A DNA stretch of 64,000 nt from an uncultured bacterium (lineage in GTDB: Bacteria > Krumholzibacteriota > Krumholzibacteriia > LZORAL124-64-63), in contig CAVSZB010000008.1 in the NCBI GenBank assembly GCA_963732385.1, forward strand, positions 288,001 to 352,000, written 5' to 3'. The notes under the pieces are model-generated. The model made no database searches and was not told where the DNA came from. It worked only from the letters and a program-made list of their open reading frames with translations. Below are positions 45,179 through 55,106 of the stretch, one piece after another (position 1 is the first letter of the stretch; every line of letters starts with the position of its first letter). The translations under genes and the position numbers were made by a program.

Positions 45179-48043
45179 CTAGAAGGTGGCCAGCTCCGTC
45201 TCGTCCTCGAGCGGGATCACCTGCGAGGGATCGAGCTGCCAGTCGCCGCCGGAGCGGGAGGTCGGCGGACGCTTCAACGCCTGTGGCTTCCGCTTCGCCA
45301 CCGGCGCCGCCGGACGCCGGACGGCGCCGCCGCCGGTGCCCGCCGGACGGTTGACGTTGAGCTGGAACCGGCCCACCATCCCCGCCAGTTCCTGCGCCTG
45401 GCCCGCCAGCTCCTGGGCCGCGCTCGAGCTCTCCTCGGCGTTGGCCGCGGCCGACTGCACGACCTTGTCCATGTCGGCCACCGCGGAGTTCACCTGGTCG
45501 ATCCCCTTGGACTGCTCGCGGCTGGCGGTCGTCACTTCGTTGACGATCTCCGCCACCTTGCTCACCGACGTCAGGATCTCGTCCAGGTTCCCGCCCACCT
45601 CGCGCGACAGCTTCTCGCCGCTCTCGGCCAGCGTCACCGACTCGTGGATCAGATCTTCGGTCTTCTTCGCCGCCTCCTTGGCCCGCTGCGCCAGGTTGCG
45701 CACCTCCTCGGCCACGACGGCGAACCCGCGGCCGGCCTCGCCGGCCCGCGCCGCCTCGACCGCGGCGTTGAGCGCCAGCAGGTTCGTCTGGAAAGCGATC
45801 TCGTTGATGTCGCGGATGATCTGCGCCGTCCCCTCGGACGCCGAGCGGATCTTGCCCATCGCGTCCATCATCTGACCCATCGACCCGGCGCCGCGGTCGG
45901 CCGCCGCCTTCGTCGCCTCGGTCAGCACCTTCGCCTGCTGCGTGTTTTCGGCGTTCTGCTTCGTCATCGAGGACATCTCCTCGAGCGAACTGCTCGTCTC
46001 CTCGAGCGACGAGGCCTGCTCGCTCGCCCCCTCGGCCACCTGCTGGCTGCTCGAGGCGATCTGTCCGCTGGCCGACGTCACCTGCTCGACCGCTTCGGCC
46101 ACCTGCGCCAGCGAATCGTGCAGCGCCTGCGCCGTGCGGTTGAGCGACTCCTTGATCTTCGCGTGGTCGCCGTGGTATTCGCCCTGCATGCGGGCGCGCA
46201 GGTCGTAGTTGGAGAGGGTCTCCAGGACCGCCGACGCCTCCTTGATCGGGTTGAGCACCGCGTCGAGCGTGGCGTTGACGCCCGCGACGATCTTGCGGAA
46301 GTCGCCCTGGTGCTGCGTCACGTCGGAGCGGGTGTCGAGACGCCCCTCCACGGCCGCGGTGGCCAGCAGATTGGCGTCATCCACCAGCCGCACCACCGCC
46401 TGCTTGAAGGCGTGCATGGCGGTCAGGATCTGCTGCAGCATCTCCCGCGCCGCCACGGTGTCCTCGTCGCCCGGTGCGAGGTCGATCTGCGCCGACAGGT
46501 CGCCGCCGGCCATCTGCGCCAGCGCGGAGGTGAGCTTGCGGGTCTCGGCGGTCTGGTAGTCGGCCACCTTCTGCATCTTGCGCCCCGCGAGCCGGATCTC
46601 GGTCTGGTCGGTCACCACTTCGAAGGCGCCGATGACCTTGCCCGCGCGGTCGCGCAGCGGGAGGCCGCTGTAGTGGATCTCGAGGTTGAGGTTGCCGGGG
46701 TGCGCGTCGGTGTCGGACGACGCCTCGCGCCCCTGTGACATGGCCTGCGCGCAGGCGCAGCGGCTGGTGCGGCAGTCGCTGGTGCGGAAGTAGTCGTGGC
46801 ATTTCTGGCCGATGACCTGGTCCTTGGTCATCCCGCCCACCCTGGCTCCGATGTCGTTCATGTAGCGGATCGTGAAGTCCTTGTCGATGACCATCGTGGG
46901 ATTCGGCATGCTGTCGATGAAGCCGGTCAGGGTGGTGACGGTCTGATTGAGACCGTCGACCACGCGTCGGAAGTCGCCCAGATGGCGCGAAGCGTCCGCG
47001 CGCGTGTTCAGAAGGCCCTGTTCCGTCGCCTCGGCGAGGGTGTTGGCGTCGGTCACGAGCCGGCTGACGGCGTCGATGCACTGGTTCAGGTTGTTCTTGA
47101 TCTCGTTGAAGTCGCCCTGATACTCGTCGGTGATCTTCTCCGGGATGTCGCCCTTGCTGATCCGGTCCACATACCCGGCGGCCATCTTCAGCGGGCTGAT
47201 GACGGCATCGAGAGTGGCGTTGAGCCCCTCGATGATCGGGCGGAACTCGAAGTTGACGAGTTGCACGTCGCCGCGGACGCCGAGTTTGCCGGACATGGCG
47301 GCGTCGCTCAGCCGTTTCGATTCTGCGACCAGCGTGCGCAGGATGCTGCCGATCGCCCTGGTCAGGACGAGGGCGAGGCCCATCAGGAGGAAGGCGCCGA
47401 TGATGAGGGCAGTGATCAGCGTGGCGTTCGCGGCGCGGGCGGTCTTGGCGGTCTCCGCGTTCGACGCATCGACGTCATTCTTGGTCAGCTCGATGAGATT
47501 GTTCAGGGCGGTTTCGGCTTTCAGGAAGTAGGGGCGCGCCGCCAGGGACGCCTCGACGGCGCTCGCGTCGAGAGCGGTCACGCGCGAGTCGTTCACGGAG
47601 ACCCCGGCGCCCACGAGGCGGTCCTTCTCGCGGGAGATGCGCACTACTTCGATTTGCGCCTGCTTCCATTCCTCCCAGAGCGGCTTGAAGGTGTTCCAGG
47701 CGGCGCGATCCTCGCTGTGCATGGGGATCGCCTCGAACGCCTGCCAGGCTTCGTCGATACGGGCCCAGGCCTTGTCGGCGTAGTCGTACTGGGCCTGGCG
47801 CACCTTGGGCTCCATGAACTGGCGGATGATCAGGCCGCGCTCGGCGACCCAGATCGATTTCTGGCTTTCGGTGATGTTCTGCAGATTGACCAGGCTTGGC
47901 ACGCTGATCGTAGTGACGGTGTCCATCTTCGTTTCGACGCTGTGCAGGGAAAAATATCCCACCGCGCCGACCATGAGCGATACGGCGATCGCAATGCCGA
48001 AACCGGCAAGGATCTTGGTTCCGATCTTCATACGACCCAACAT
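45179..48043 (-). CDS. Methyl-accepting chemotaxis protein (TM-4HB-TM, poly-HAMP, PAS, signalling domain)
   Basis: [30 protein letters not shown]; repeated GDF/GDH HAMP units; C-terminal ELATF pentapeptide; GGAGG RBS. Confidence 0.95.
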   Translation of the reverse strand: MLGRMKIGTKILAGFGIAIAVSLMVGAVGYFSLHSVETKMDTVTTISVPSLVNLQNITESQKSIWVAERGLIIRQFMEPKVRQAQYDYADKAWARIDEAWQAFEAIPMHSEDRAAWNTFKPLWEEWKQAQIEVVRISREKDRLVGAGVSVNDSRVTALDASAVEASLAARPYFLKAETALNNLIELTKNDVDASNAETAKTARAANATLITALIIGAFLLMGLALVLTRAIGSILRTLVAESKRLSDAAMSGKLGVRGDVQLVNFEFRPIIEGLNATLDAVISPLKMAAGYVDRISKGDIPEKITDEYQGDFNEIKNNLNQCIDAVSRLVTDANTLAEATEQGLLNTRADASRHLGDFRRVVDGLNQTVTTLTGFIDSMPNPTMVIDKDFTIRYMNDIGARVGGMTKDQVIGQKCHDYFRTSDCRTSRCACAQAMSQGREASSDTDAHPGNLNLEIHYSGLPLRDRAGKVIGAFEVVTDQTEIRLAGRKMQKVADYQTAETRKLTSALAQMAGGDLSAQIDLAPGDEDTVAAREMLQQILTAMHAFKQAVVRLVDDANLLATAAVEGRLDTRSDVTQHQGDFRKIVAGVNATLDAVLNPIKEASAVLETLSNYDLRARMQGEYHGDHAKIKESLNRTAQALHDSLAQVAEAVEQVTSASGQIASSSQQVAEGASEQASSLEETSSSLEEMSSMTKQNAENTQQAKVLTEATKAAADRGAGSMGQMMDAMGKIRSASEGTAQIIRDINEIAFQTNLLALNAAVEAARAGEAGRGFAVVAEEVRNLAQRAKEAAKKTEDLIHESVTLAESGEKLSREVGGNLDEILTSVSKVAEIVNEVTTASREQSKGIDQVNSAVADMDKVVQSAAANAEESSSAAQELAGQAQELAGMVGRFQLNVNRPAGTGGGAVRRPAAPVAKRKPQALKRPPTSRSGGDWQLDPSQVIPLEDETELATF

Positions 48044-48158
48044 GACCGTTCCTCCCTTTGCTTCCATTCAAAGGGGGCGCTCGCGACCCAGTTCAGGTTG
48101 TCCGGTGCGAGGCCCGTGTTCATATCCCTCAGCCCTCGGGTTGCCGTCCGTGGGCTTA

Positions 48159-48701
48159 TCATTCGACTCCGTCGACTCTGGCGACTTCCAGCGACTCTTC
48201 CATGGTCAGGATGCGCCCGATGTCGAGCAGGAAGATCACGCGACGGTCGGCTTTGCCCACGCCGAGGATGAAGTCGCTCTGGGCGGTCGCCGCGCCGAAG
48301 TTCGGCGTCGGCTCGATCTGGTCACGCGCGATGCTCAAAACTTCGAGCACCTCGTCCACCAGGATGCCCATGGTGATGTCCTGGCCGGCCACGGCGTACT
48401 GGACGACGATGATGACCGTCTGATCCGTCGCCTCGGCGTCGGGCATGCCGAACTTCAGCCGCAGGTTCACCACCGGGATCACCTTGCCGCGCAGGTTGAT
48501 CACGCCGCTGATGCAGTCCGGTGCGCGGGGCACGCGGGTGATGTCCATCAGCCCGATGATCTCCCGCACCTTCAGGATTTCGAGCCCGTACTCCTCGTTC
48601 GCCAGCTTGAAGGTCATGTACTTGCCCTCGAGGGCGCGGGTCCGCGGGGCGTTGGCGCCTGGCGCGGGTCCGGCCTCGAGAAGCGCAGCCGCACTGCTCA
48701 T
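48159..48701 (-). CDS. cheW: Chemotaxis coupling protein
   Basis: F.LA.EEYG..I..VREI, GVINLRG..IPV, GILVDEV. Confidence 0.95.
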   Translation of the reverse strand: MSSAAALLEAGPAPGANAPRTRALEGKYMTFKLANEEYGLEILKVREIIGLMDITRVPRAPDCISGVINLRGKVIPVVNLRLKFGMPDAEATDQTVIIVVQYAVAGQDITMGILVDEVLEVLSIARDQIEPTPNFGAATAQSDFILGVGKADRRVIFLLDIGRILTMEESLEVARVDGVE

Positions 48702-48931
48702 GCCGATTCCTCCCTGTCGAAGCCGCGCTGCGCACGGCCTGCGTGGTGGACGGGATGGAAACCTAGTGACTTTCTCGGATATCGGCGGCGGCACGGGCGG
48801 CTTGATCGGGAATGTTCGGTCGGTCCGCGGGACCTGGCGGCGGGCGCCGGGGGGCGGTGCCTGCGGACAGAATGGCGCCCCGCCTGGGCGGGGCGCCGTG
48901 GGAAGGGCGACAGGGACCTGGTCGCGGCCGC

Positions 48932-50755
48932 TCAGGTCACGAGCAGACCGCCCCGCTGGTAGATGTCCAGCTGCACGGAGGAGAACGGTTCGCCCTGCGC
49001 CTCGCCGCCGGTCCAGGTGATCCGGCTGGTGGCGAGGTCGAGGGTGATCTCGTCGCCGTTGCGCAGGCCGCTGCTTATGAGGTCGGCCGTGACGAGCGGC
49101 AGGCCGGCGTTGATGGCGTTGCGTTCGTAGATGGCGCCGAAGCTCGCGGCCACGATGGCGGTCACGCCGAGGGTCTGGAAGCAGTCGACAGCCTGCTGGC
49201 GCGAACTGCCGCAGCCGAAGTTCTTGCCGGTAACGACGATGTCGCCGGGACGGGCCTCCTTCGCGAACGCCTCGAGGCCCGGCAGGTTGCCGAAGGCGTA
49301 CTGCCCCATCTGGGCCGGGTCGGTCACCGCGAGGTGGCGGTTGTGGTAGATCATGTCGGTGTCGATGTTGTCGTGACCGACGAGCCAGACCCGTCCGCGC
49401 AGGACGGTCGGTTTGCCGGCGGCCGGGGCCGGCGCGGCAGTCTCGCCGGCGGCGGCCGGCGCGGTCTTGCCCGACGGCGCCGCCGGAGCGACGGGCCGTG
49501 CCGCAACCGGGGCCGGGATGGCGTCGGCCCGCGCGATCACGCCGGAGACGGCGGATGCTGCTGCCGTTTCCGGGCTGGCCAGCCAGACCTCGCCCTTGCC
49601 CTGCTTGCCGGCGAAGTTGCGGTTGCCGGTCGAGACGGTGACTTCGCCGGGGCCGTTCTGGCCGATCTGGCCGGCGGCGCAGCCGGCGCAGCCGGGGTTG
49701 CCCACGAGCGCGCCGGCGTCGGTGAAGACCTTCACGAGCCCCTCGCGCAGCGCCTCCTCCCAGACGCGCCGGGTGGCCGGCACGACCTTCAGGATGACGC
49801 CCGGCGCCACCTTCCGTCCCGCCATGACGCGGGCCGCGGCGCGCAGGTCCTCGAGGCGGCCGTTGGTGCACGAGCCGATGAAAACCGAGTCCACCTTGCG
49901 CCCGGCGACCTCGGTCACCGGCACGACATCCTCGGGGTGGCCGGGCCGCGCGATCAGCGGCTCGAGCCGGTCCACGTCGATCTCGATGGTGTCGGCGTAG
50001 ACGGCGTCGGGATCGGGAGCGAGGGCCGGCCAGGCGTGTCCGGCGGCGCCGGCGCAGTAGTCGCGCACGCGGGCGTCGGGGGTGATGAGGATGATGATGG
50101 CGCCCATCTCCGTGCCGAGGCTGGCCACCGTCATGCGGCCGGCCAGGTCGAGCGCTTCGACGGCCGGTCCCGACAGTTCGGCGGCGCAGCCGAGCAGCCC
50201 GTTGGCGCCGAGGCGGCGCGCCATGGCCAGCGCGAGGTCCTTGGGGGTGGCCTGGGGACCCGGCGTCCCCTTGAGGACGACCTTCAGGGTCGGCGGCACC
50301 TTGAACCAGACCTTGCCGTCCGCCCAGGCGGCGGCGATGTCCTGGTCGCCCATGCCCTGCCCGAAGGCGCCCACCGCGCCCAGGATGTTGGCGTGCGAAT
50401 CGGTGCTGACGAACGTGCTGCCGGGGCCGGCCAGCCCCTCCTCGATGGCGAGGTGCGTGCCGATCCCCTCGGTGATGTCGCGCAGGCCGACGCCGCGCGC
50501 CCGGGCGAACAGCCGGCACTTGTGCTGGTTCGCGGCGTAGCCCTGGTCGCTGCCGCCGGGGTTGCAGTCGAACGTGAACAGCGTGCAGGCCGGATCGGCC
50601 ACCGTCAGGCCGTGCTTCTCCAGATGCTGCACGACGTTCGCGCCGCCGAAATCGCGCGCGGCGCGCACGTCGATGCCCACGTCCACGATCTCGCCGGGGA
50701 CGACCGTCCGTCCGGCATGGCTGGCGATGATTTTCTCGATCAGCGTCTGGCCCAC
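48932..50755 (-). CDS. Fused LeuC-LeuD isopropylmalate / homoaconitate dehydratase-like enzyme
   Basis: DSH, IGSCTNGR, GC.GC, STGNRNF.G, Ala/Pro linker, then NIDTD, GKNFGCGSSR, SFG.I.ERN. Confidence 0.9.
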   Translation of the reverse strand: MGQTLIEKIIASHAGRTVVPGEIVDVGIDVRAARDFGGANVVQHLEKHGLTVADPACTLFTFDCNPGGSDQGYAANQHKCRLFARARGVGLRDITEGIGTHLAIEEGLAGPGSTFVSTDSHANILGAVGAFGQGMGDQDIAAAWADGKVWFKVPPTLKVVLKGTPGPQATPKDLALAMARRLGANGLLGCAAELSGPAVEALDLAGRMTVASLGTEMGAIIILITPDARVRDYCAGAAGHAWPALAPDPDAVYADTIEIDVDRLEPLIARPGHPEDVVPVTEVAGRKVDSVFIGSCTNGRLEDLRAAARVMAGRKVAPGVILKVVPATRRVWEEALREGLVKVFTDAGALVGNPGCAGCAAGQIGQNGPGEVTVSTGNRNFAGKQGKGEVWLASPETAAASAVSGVIARADAIPAPVAARPVAPAAPSGKTAPAAAGETAAPAPAAGKPTVLRGRVWLVGHDNIDTDMIYHNRHLAVTDPAQMGQYAFGNLPGLEAFAKEARPGDIVVTGKNFGCGSSRQQAVDCFQTLGVTAIVAASFGAIYERNAINAGLPLVTADLISSGLRNGDEITLDLATSRITWTGGEAQGEPFSSVQLDIYQRGGLLVT

Positions 50756-50787
50756 GATTGAAGCCTCCAGGGTTGATGGAATCGGGA

Positions 50788-51609
50788 CTAGGCGTTCTCG
50801 CCGTCGTCATCGGAGTCGGACGCCGGGGCGCGGAAAACAGGCGATCGATTCTCGAGGAAGGCGGCCATGCCCTCCGTCGTTTCGTGCGCGGCCCAGCACT
50901 GCTGTTGCCCTTCGTATTCGAACGAGAGCATGGCGGTGAGATCGAACTGCGCGGCCTGCTGGGCGCCGAGCTTCAGCAGTCGGACGACCGGCTGGGGGAG
51001 CGCCACGAGCCGGGCCATCAGGAGGTCCAGCTCCTCCTCGAAGCGCTCGGCCGGCACCACCCGGTCGATCAGGCCGATCCGGGCCGCCTCCGCGGCGTCG
51101 AGCGTCCGGCCGGACCAGAGCAGTTCCAGCGCCCGCCCCGGACCGACCAGGCGCGGCAGAGTGTGCATCAGCCCCCATTCCGGCAGCAGGCCGCGGGCGA
51201 CATCGGGAGTCTGCACGGTGGCGGTCGTGGCGGCGATCCGGCAGTCGGCGGCGAGGAACAGGCCGAAGCCGGCTTCGCGCACACAGCCGGCCGCCGCGGC
51301 CACCACCGGCTTGCCATAATCCTGCAGGGCCATGACCGTTTTGCCGATCGCGTCGAGCCGCGGCGCGATCACGCTGAAGTCCTTGCCGGCGCATTTCAGG
51401 TCCGCCAGGTTTTCGAGGTCGGGACTCAGGTCGAATGGGCGGAGCCCGTCGCTGAGCAGGATCGCGCGCACCTGCGGGTCGTCCTGCAGGCGCAGCAGCA
51501 GGTCGAGCAGTTCGTCGCACAGGTCGCCGAGCGAGAGAATGTCCGGGGTGATCAGGGTCACCAGGGCCGCGCCGTCGCGGATCTCGCATTCGAGGTTTTC
51601 GTACTTCAT
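50788..51609 (-). CDS. Enoyl-CoA hydratase/isomerase (crotonase) family protein
   Basis: KPVVAA, LAAD.RIA, GLLPE.G, LPRLVG..RALEL, EGMAAFLE.R.P.F. Confidence 0.85.
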   Translation of the reverse strand: MKYENLECEIRDGAALVTLITPDILSLGDLCDELLDLLLRLQDDPQVRAILLSDGLRPFDLSPDLENLADLKCAGKDFSVIAPRLDAIGKTVMALQDYGKPVVAAAAGCVREAGFGLFLAADCRIAATTATVQTPDVARGLLPEWGLMHTLPRLVGPGRALELLWSGRTLDAAEAARIGLIDRVVPAERFEEELDLLMARLVALPQPVVRLLKLGAQQAAQFDLTAMLSFEYEGQQQCWAAHETTEGMAAFLENRSPVFRAPASDSDDDGENA

Positions 51610-51843
51610 GCCTGTCCTTCCCGCCTGGCGCGGTCCATGCACTGTGCCCGGCCCGGGCGCCGGGGATCCCGTCCGGGCCGGCCTGCCGGCCGACCTGGAC
51701 AAGGCGCTGCATCGGGGCTAAGCTTGTCCCCTTGATGTTGTGACTCCGCCGCCCGGCGCGCAAGCGGTTCCCGGGCAAGGATCCCCACAGACCGACATCC
51801 TATCCGCGCAGCGGGAGCCTGGGAAAGGCAGCGTCGAGCCGAC

Positions 51844-52611
51844 ATGAATGCCGATCGGACGCGTGCGGGGGTAGCCCGCCCTTCCCGGCAGACGCCGTGG
51901 CGTCCGACTGCCGGCGCGCTCGGGCTGCTCGTACTGGTCGCTCTCGGGCCGCTCCCTGGCTCCGGAGCGACCATGCCGTGCCTGCCGCCGGCAGCGGTGC
52001 TCGCGGCTGCAGCGGCGCCCGCCCCGTGGTCAGCGGAGGCCGCGGCGGAGAGCCTGCTGGCGCGGGGGGAGCTGTCGCTCAGACGTGGCGAGGCCGATCT
52101 GGCGCTGGCCTGCTACCGCGAGGCGGCCGGCGTTCCGGGCCTGCGGGGGCGGGCGCTCTACGGGGAGGCGCGCGCCTGGCTGGCGCTCGGACAGGGCGAC
52201 CGCGCCTGCGGTCTGCTGCGCGACCTGCGCGACCTGCGGAACGAGGCCGATACGACGGTCGCGGGGCGTGACCTGATGGCTGCGGCGGCGGAACTGCTGG
52301 GCCGGACCTGCCTGCAACTCGGTCGCACCCACGCTGCGCGCGCCGTCTTCCTCGACCTGGCACGGTCCTGTCCCGACCGTCGGGAATGGGCGGTGGTCAT
52401 GGTCGGCCGAACCTACCAGAGCGAGGGGGCCTGGCGCGACGCATTCGCCGCCATCCGGCCGCTCCTGCGCGAGGGGCGCTATGCCCCGGCTTACGATCTG
52501 GCCCTGGCGATCTACTGGAAGCTCGATGCCGGCGCGCAACGGGAACTGACCGGCCTGTTGCGGGGATACCTTGGCGCTGCCGGCCGTAAATTCGCGGGCG
52601 GTGCACGTTGA
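51844..52611 (+). CDS. Hypothetical TPR-like protein; start uncertain
   Basis: Hydrophobic leader, ALYGEARAWLALG and LLGR..LQLG helices; overlaps the next gene. Confidence 0.55.
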   Translation: MNADRTRAGVARPSRQTPWRPTAGALGLLVLVALGPLPGSGATMPCLPPAAVLAAAAAPAPWSAEAAAESLLARGELSLRRGEADLALACYREAAGVPGLRGRALYGEARAWLALGQGDRACGLLRDLRDLRNEADTTVAGRDLMAAAAELLGRTCLQLGRTHAARAVFLDLARSCPDRREWAVVMVGRTYQSEGAWRDAFAAIRPLLREGRYAPAYDLALAIYWKLDAGAQRELTGLLRGYLGAAGRKFAGGAR

Positions 52612-53516
52612 GGATCCTTGTCACCGGAGGCACCGGTCTCGTGGGGCGCGCCGTGGTCGGTGCGCTGGTCCGGCGCAAGGACGAAGTGATCTGCGTCACC
52701 CGGCACGAAACGCGCGCCCGCTCGCTGCTGCCGGTCGGCGTGGAATTCCTGGCCGCCGATCCGGCCGCGCCGGGTCCGTGGCAGGACGCTGCGGTCGGTT
52801 GCGACGCGATCGTCAATCTGGCCGGCGAACCGATCGCCGGCGGACGCTGGACCGCCGGCCGCAAGCGCCGCATCCGGCGCAGCCGTCTTGAAACCACCCG
52901 CAACGTCGCCGCCGCGGCGGCGCGCTCCGACCTCGTCAAGGTCCTCGTGAGCGCCTCGGCGACCGGATATTACGGTGACGGTGGCGAGCGGGCCCTCGAC
53001 GAGGGGGCCGAGCCGGGCCACGATTTTCTCGGCCGGCTCACGTTGGAGTGGGAGGAAAGCGCGCGCGCCGCGCAGGGGAGCGGCCTGCGCGTGGTCCTCT
53101 TGCGCACCGGGATCGTGCTGGCGCGCGAGGGGGGGGCCCTGCCCCGCCTCAGCCTGCCGCTGCGCCTGTTCGTCGGAGGACCGCTCGGCAGCGGCCGCCA
53201 GTATTTCCCCTGGATCCACCGCGACGATGTGGTGCGCATCGTCCTGTTCGCCCTCGACACGCCGGACCTGGCCGGACCGGTCAACGCCGTGGCTCCCGAT
53301 CCTCCCACCCAGGCCCAGTTTACCCGCGCCCTGGGCCGGGCGCTCGGCCGTCCCGCCTGGCTGGCGGTGCCGGCCTTCGCGCTGCGGCTGCTGACGGGCG
53401 AGCTGGCGGGCGCCCTGCTGGCCAGCCAGCGCGTCGTGCCCAAGGCGCTGCGCGCGCGGGGCTTCGCGTTCGAGCACGGGAATCTCGAGCAGGCGTTGCG
53501 GGAACTCTGCCGGTGA
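52608..53516 (+). CDS. TIGR01777 family NAD-dependent epimerase-like protein
   Basis: TGGTGLVG, VNLAGEPI, SATGYYG, RTGIVL, PWIH.DD. Confidence 0.92.
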   Translation: MRILVTGGTGLVGRAVVGALVRRKDEVICVTRHETRARSLLPVGVEFLAADPAAPGPWQDAAVGCDAIVNLAGEPIAGGRWTAGRKRRIRRSRLETTRNVAAAAARSDLVKVLVSASATGYYGDGGERALDEGAEPGHDFLGRLTLEWEESARAAQGSGLRVVLLRTGIVLAREGGALPRLSLPLRLFVGGPLGSGRQYFPWIHRDDVVRIVLFALDTPDLAGPVNAVAPDPPTQAQFTRALGRALGRPAWLAVPAFALRLLTGELAGALLASQRVVPKALRARGFAFEHGNLEQALRELCR

Positions 53517-53580
53517 AAGGCAACGGCGCCCCCGCGGGAGCGCCGTCGCTGTCGGCAACCTGGGGCCGTGTCCGCTGCCG

Positions 53581-54765
53581 CTAGCCCACCACGAAGTGGT
53601 CCGTCTCCACCTCGCCTGCGGCGAAGCGTGAAAGCAGCAGCGTCTCGATGATGTCGTCGGGCCGGCCGGTGGTGATGTGTTTGGCCATGCGGCGGGCGGC
53701 GATGGGGGCGAGCATGAAGCCGTGCCCGCTGAAGCCGCAGATGTGGAAATAGCCGTCCAGACCCGGCACGCCGCCGAGGATCGGTCGGTGGTCGGGGGTC
53801 ATGTCGTACAGGCCGGCCCACTGTCGCATCAGTCGCAGCGGGCGCGCGGGCGGGAACAGCTCGGTCAGGGCGCGCGCGAAGCGGACGGCGAAGCGCAGCT
53901 GGCTGCGGGTGTCGAAACGGGAGGGATCGTTCCAGTGCGGCTCGTCGGGATCGCCGATGCCGCCCACCAGCTCGCCGCGCATGCTCTGGCTGAAGTAGAT
54001 GCCGTTGGTGATCGAGATGACCATCGGTCCGAGGCACGGCTTGACCGACTCGCTCACCATGATCTCGTGCCGTTCCTGCCAGTTGGGCAGGTCGATGCCG
54101 AGTGGCGCCGCGAGGTATTTCGTCCAGGCGCCGGCGGCCAGCACGACGAGAGGGGTGGCGATCGGGCCGCGATCGGTGACGACGCCCCGCACCTTTCCCT
54201 CGCTGGTCTCGATGCCGGTCACGCGCGTCTGGATGAAGATCTGCACCCCGCGCCGGGCAGCCGCCCGCGCGTAGCCCCAGACCACCGCGAACGGGTAGGC
54301 GGTGCCGTCCTTCGGGCAGAAGGTGGCGCCCCGGATCTTCGCGATGTCGAGCTGGGGGACGATGTCGCGGCACTCCTGCGGCTCCAGGAAGCGCGACGGC
54401 GCGCCGCAGCGATTCTGCAGGGCGACGGCCTTGCGGAGCGCCTCACGGTCCTCTTCCTTCTCGGTGATCATCAGATAGCCGCCCTGGCGGAAGAACGTCT
54501 GGTAGCCCAGTTCCGCCGAGAGTTGCTCGAAGATCGCGACGCTCTCCTGCGCCATGCGGACGTTGGCCTCGGTCGTCCATTGCTGGCGGATCCCGCCGCC
54601 GCACCGCCCCGTGGCGCCGCCGCCGAGGTAACCGCGTTCGAGCACGACGATCCGCTTCAGGCCGCGGCGCGCCAGTTCGTAGGCCATCGACAGGCCGTTG
54701 ACGCCGCCGCCCACCACGACGGCGTCGGCGGTGGCCGGCACAGCCTCGTTGCGCAGCGGGATCAT
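53581..54765 (-). CDS. FAD-dependent oxidoreductase, sarcosine oxidase beta / proline dehydrogenase-like
   Basis: GGG..G, GATGRCGGGIRQQW, WAGLYDMTPD..PI, GFSGHGFM. Confidence 0.9.
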   Translation of the reverse strand: MIPLRNEAVPATADAVVVGGGVNGLSMAYELARRGLKRIVVLERGYLGGGATGRCGGGIRQQWTTEANVRMAQESVAIFEQLSAELGYQTFFRQGGYLMITEKEEDREALRKAVALQNRCGAPSRFLEPQECRDIVPQLDIAKIRGATFCPKDGTAYPFAVVWGYARAAARRGVQIFIQTRVTGIETSEGKVRGVVTDRGPIATPLVVLAAGAWTKYLAAPLGIDLPNWQERHEIMVSESVKPCLGPMVISITNGIYFSQSMRGELVGGIGDPDEPHWNDPSRFDTRSQLRFAVRFARALTELFPPARPLRLMRQWAGLYDMTPDHRPILGGVPGLDGYFHICGFSGHGFMLAPIAARRMAKHITTGRPDDIIETLLLSRFAAGEVETDHFVVG

Positions 54766-55106
54766 GGCTGTGCCTCCCCGCTGTCGCGCCCGTCGCGCCC
54801 GGCCAGCGGCGTCACCCGGCTGGTCAGCGGCGGCACCGGCAGGGCGGCCAGTTCGGCGAAGGTGAGCGGTTCGGCCGGCTGCCGCACGTTGGTGATGGTC
54901 ACCTCGGACGGCGGCACGCCGCGCAGACGGGCCAGCTCCACCGCCGACTCCGACAGGCATCCCTTGCCCTGGCAGAAGCCGGTGCCGACGCCGGTGAAGC
55001 GCTTGAGCGATTCGAATTCCGTGAAACCCTCCGCGAAGGCGGCGTGAAATTCCTCCATCGTGACGTCTTCGCAGCGGCACAGGAGGCACTTGTGCTGGCC
55101 GTTCAC
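54762..55106 (-). CDS. BFD-like [2Fe-2S] protein
   Basis: CRCEDVT...LKR.T..G.G.CQG..C. Confidence 0.88.
   Translation of the reverse strand: MNGQHKCLLCRCEDVTMEEFHAAFAEGFTEFESLKRFTGVGTGFCQGKGCLSESAVELARLRGVPPSEVTITNVRQPAEPLTFAELAALPVPPLTSRVTPLAGRDGRDSGEAQP

Noticed and set aside
48159..50810. 883-aa ORF ending in CheW
   Set aside because: Only the last 180 aa are CheW; the rest is a shifted frame over the leuCD fusion and intergenic DNA
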